Shown here one piece after another: positions 63,220 through 64,000 of a stretch of 64,000 nucleotides of DNA (position 1 is its first letter; the number at the start of each line of letters is the position of its first letter). Source of the stretch: a virus; the IMG/VR virus record IMGVR_UViG_3300005663_001084, positions 24,929 through 88,928 of that record; one strand, 5' to 3'. The translations under genes and the position numbers were made by a program. The notes beneath the pieces are model-generated. The model did not search any database. It was not told the origin of the DNA and saw nothing but the letters and a program-made list of their open reading frames with translations.

Positions 63220-63663
63220 ACGACACCAACCTTCTGGTCGAATCCAATTCCTTATTTGTGAACATAAATTCTTCCCGTTCGAGACTTTCATGTACGAAAA
63301 TTCACAATTCCCGCAGCGCTGAGTCTCGCTGGCCGACTCGTCGGTGTACTCGGCGTCGGCAGGGTCCATCTTGTACGCGTCGGTGCCGCTGCCCAGGATG
63401 TAGTAGAGCAGGGGCTCACGCATCTGGACCTCGGGCGGCAGGCGGGACCAGTCGCGGATCACCTTCTTGACCGGGGAGGGAGCCTGGGTTCCGGCCTCCG
63501 GATAGCCGCGCACCCGGACCGGCTTCTCCGGTGCAGGGTCCGGTTGCGGATTGAGGTCGCGGGGCTCGACGGTGCCCTGCGACATCATCTCTTCGTCGTC
63601 CTCAGGCGGGAGCGGGGCCTGCTCGTTCAGCAGCTTCCGCATCGCCCTGCGTGTCTGGTCCAT
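63190..63663 (-). CDS. L-family protein 16
   Basis: N-terminus MDQTRRAMRKLLNEQA. C-terminal CGNCEF...C. Confidence 0.65.
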   Translation of the reverse strand: MDQTRRAMRKLLNEQAPLPPEDDEEMMSQGTVEPRDLNPQPDPAPEKPVRVRGYPEAGTQAPSPVKKVIRDWSRLPPEVQMREPLLYYILGSGTDAYKMDPADAEYTDESASETQRCGNCEFSYMKVSNGKNLCSQIRNWIRPEGWCRLWRAPKSSV

Positions 63664-64000
63664 TCATCTGCACTCCGAGTTCCTGAAGTTCCTCGTCCCA
63701 GTCCGAGGTGTCACGGTCCGAGAGTTCCTGAAGGAGCGTGGCGTCGATACTGTAGCGGCCCTCTAGGTAGTCAGCCATGCCGCCGGTCTGGTGCGTGAGG
63801 TTGACGATCTCATTTAGCTTACCGAAAAGCTGCTGCATAGGAAACTGCTGGGCGTCGGCCTCGATCTTCTCCAGTACCTCAACCCCGTCCTCGATCCGTT
63901 CGCGCGTGGCCTCGATACCCAGAGGCTGCCAGTGATCCCACCACACGGGGAAGACGAACGTCTGGTACAGTTCCCGCAGGAAGCTGCTAGGATCGGCGTC
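63602..64000 (-). CDS. hypothetical protein; the ORF continues past the window end
   Basis: The open frame extends upstream of the track start 63946 with no stop before position 64000. Confidence 0.35.
   Translation of the reverse strand, partial: DADPSSFLRELYQTFVFPVWWDHWQPLGIEATRERIEDGVEVLEKIEADAQQFPMQQLFGKLNEIVNLTHQTGGMADYLEGRYSIDATLLQELSDRDTSDWDEELQELGVQMNGPDTQGDAEAAERAGPAPA

Overview
This window reads as a non-structural (early or accessory) section of a large, high-GC, lytic actinobacteriophage-like genome. No capsid, tail, terminase, portal or DNA-polymerase gene is present. There are also no tRNAs, rRNAs, CRISPR arrays or integrase and transposase genes. About 130 mostly small, tightly packed and often translationally coupled genes are arranged in alternating strand blocks. 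The blocks are minus strand 1-17.8 kb, mixed 18-31.6 kb, plus 31.7-39.6 kb, minus 39.7-45.7 kb, plus 45.8-61.5 kb, and mixed to the end.

Recognisable products are a truncated GDP-mannose 4,6-dehydratase at the left edge, an NAD+ salvage pair (NadM-Nudix plus NadV), OMP decarboxylase plus a type-I phosphoribosyltransferase, a SpoT-like HD hydrolase, a deoxyribosyltransferase-like/Nudix fusion, two GNAT acetyltransferases, a P-loop NTPase, at least three HNH endonucleases, a 637-aa multi-HTH/zinc-ribbon protein, and many zinc-ribbon and small membrane proteins.

The most striking feature is a family of at least 16 proteins that share a 15-residue N-terminus, MD-x-TR-x-AIR-x-LL-x-E-A, followed by unrelated cargo domains. 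These include ParB/DGQHR-like nuclease folds and possible H-Y-E ADP-ribosyltransferase folds, and two large members carry internal copies of the motif. I propose that this is a capsid-targeting and prohead-protease propeptide system for ejected effector proteins; this is inference.

A conserved promoter of about 45 bp (A/T tract, cTGaCC -35, invariant 18-bp spacer AAATAGCCnTCCcgATCC, GATAAT -10, start codon 6-7 nt later) occurs at least 17 times. It drives leaderless or short-leader transcripts on both strands. Two further upstream motif classes are also present.

Coordinates for adjusted starts were derived from the supplied ORF track. GTG and TTG starts are used in places.
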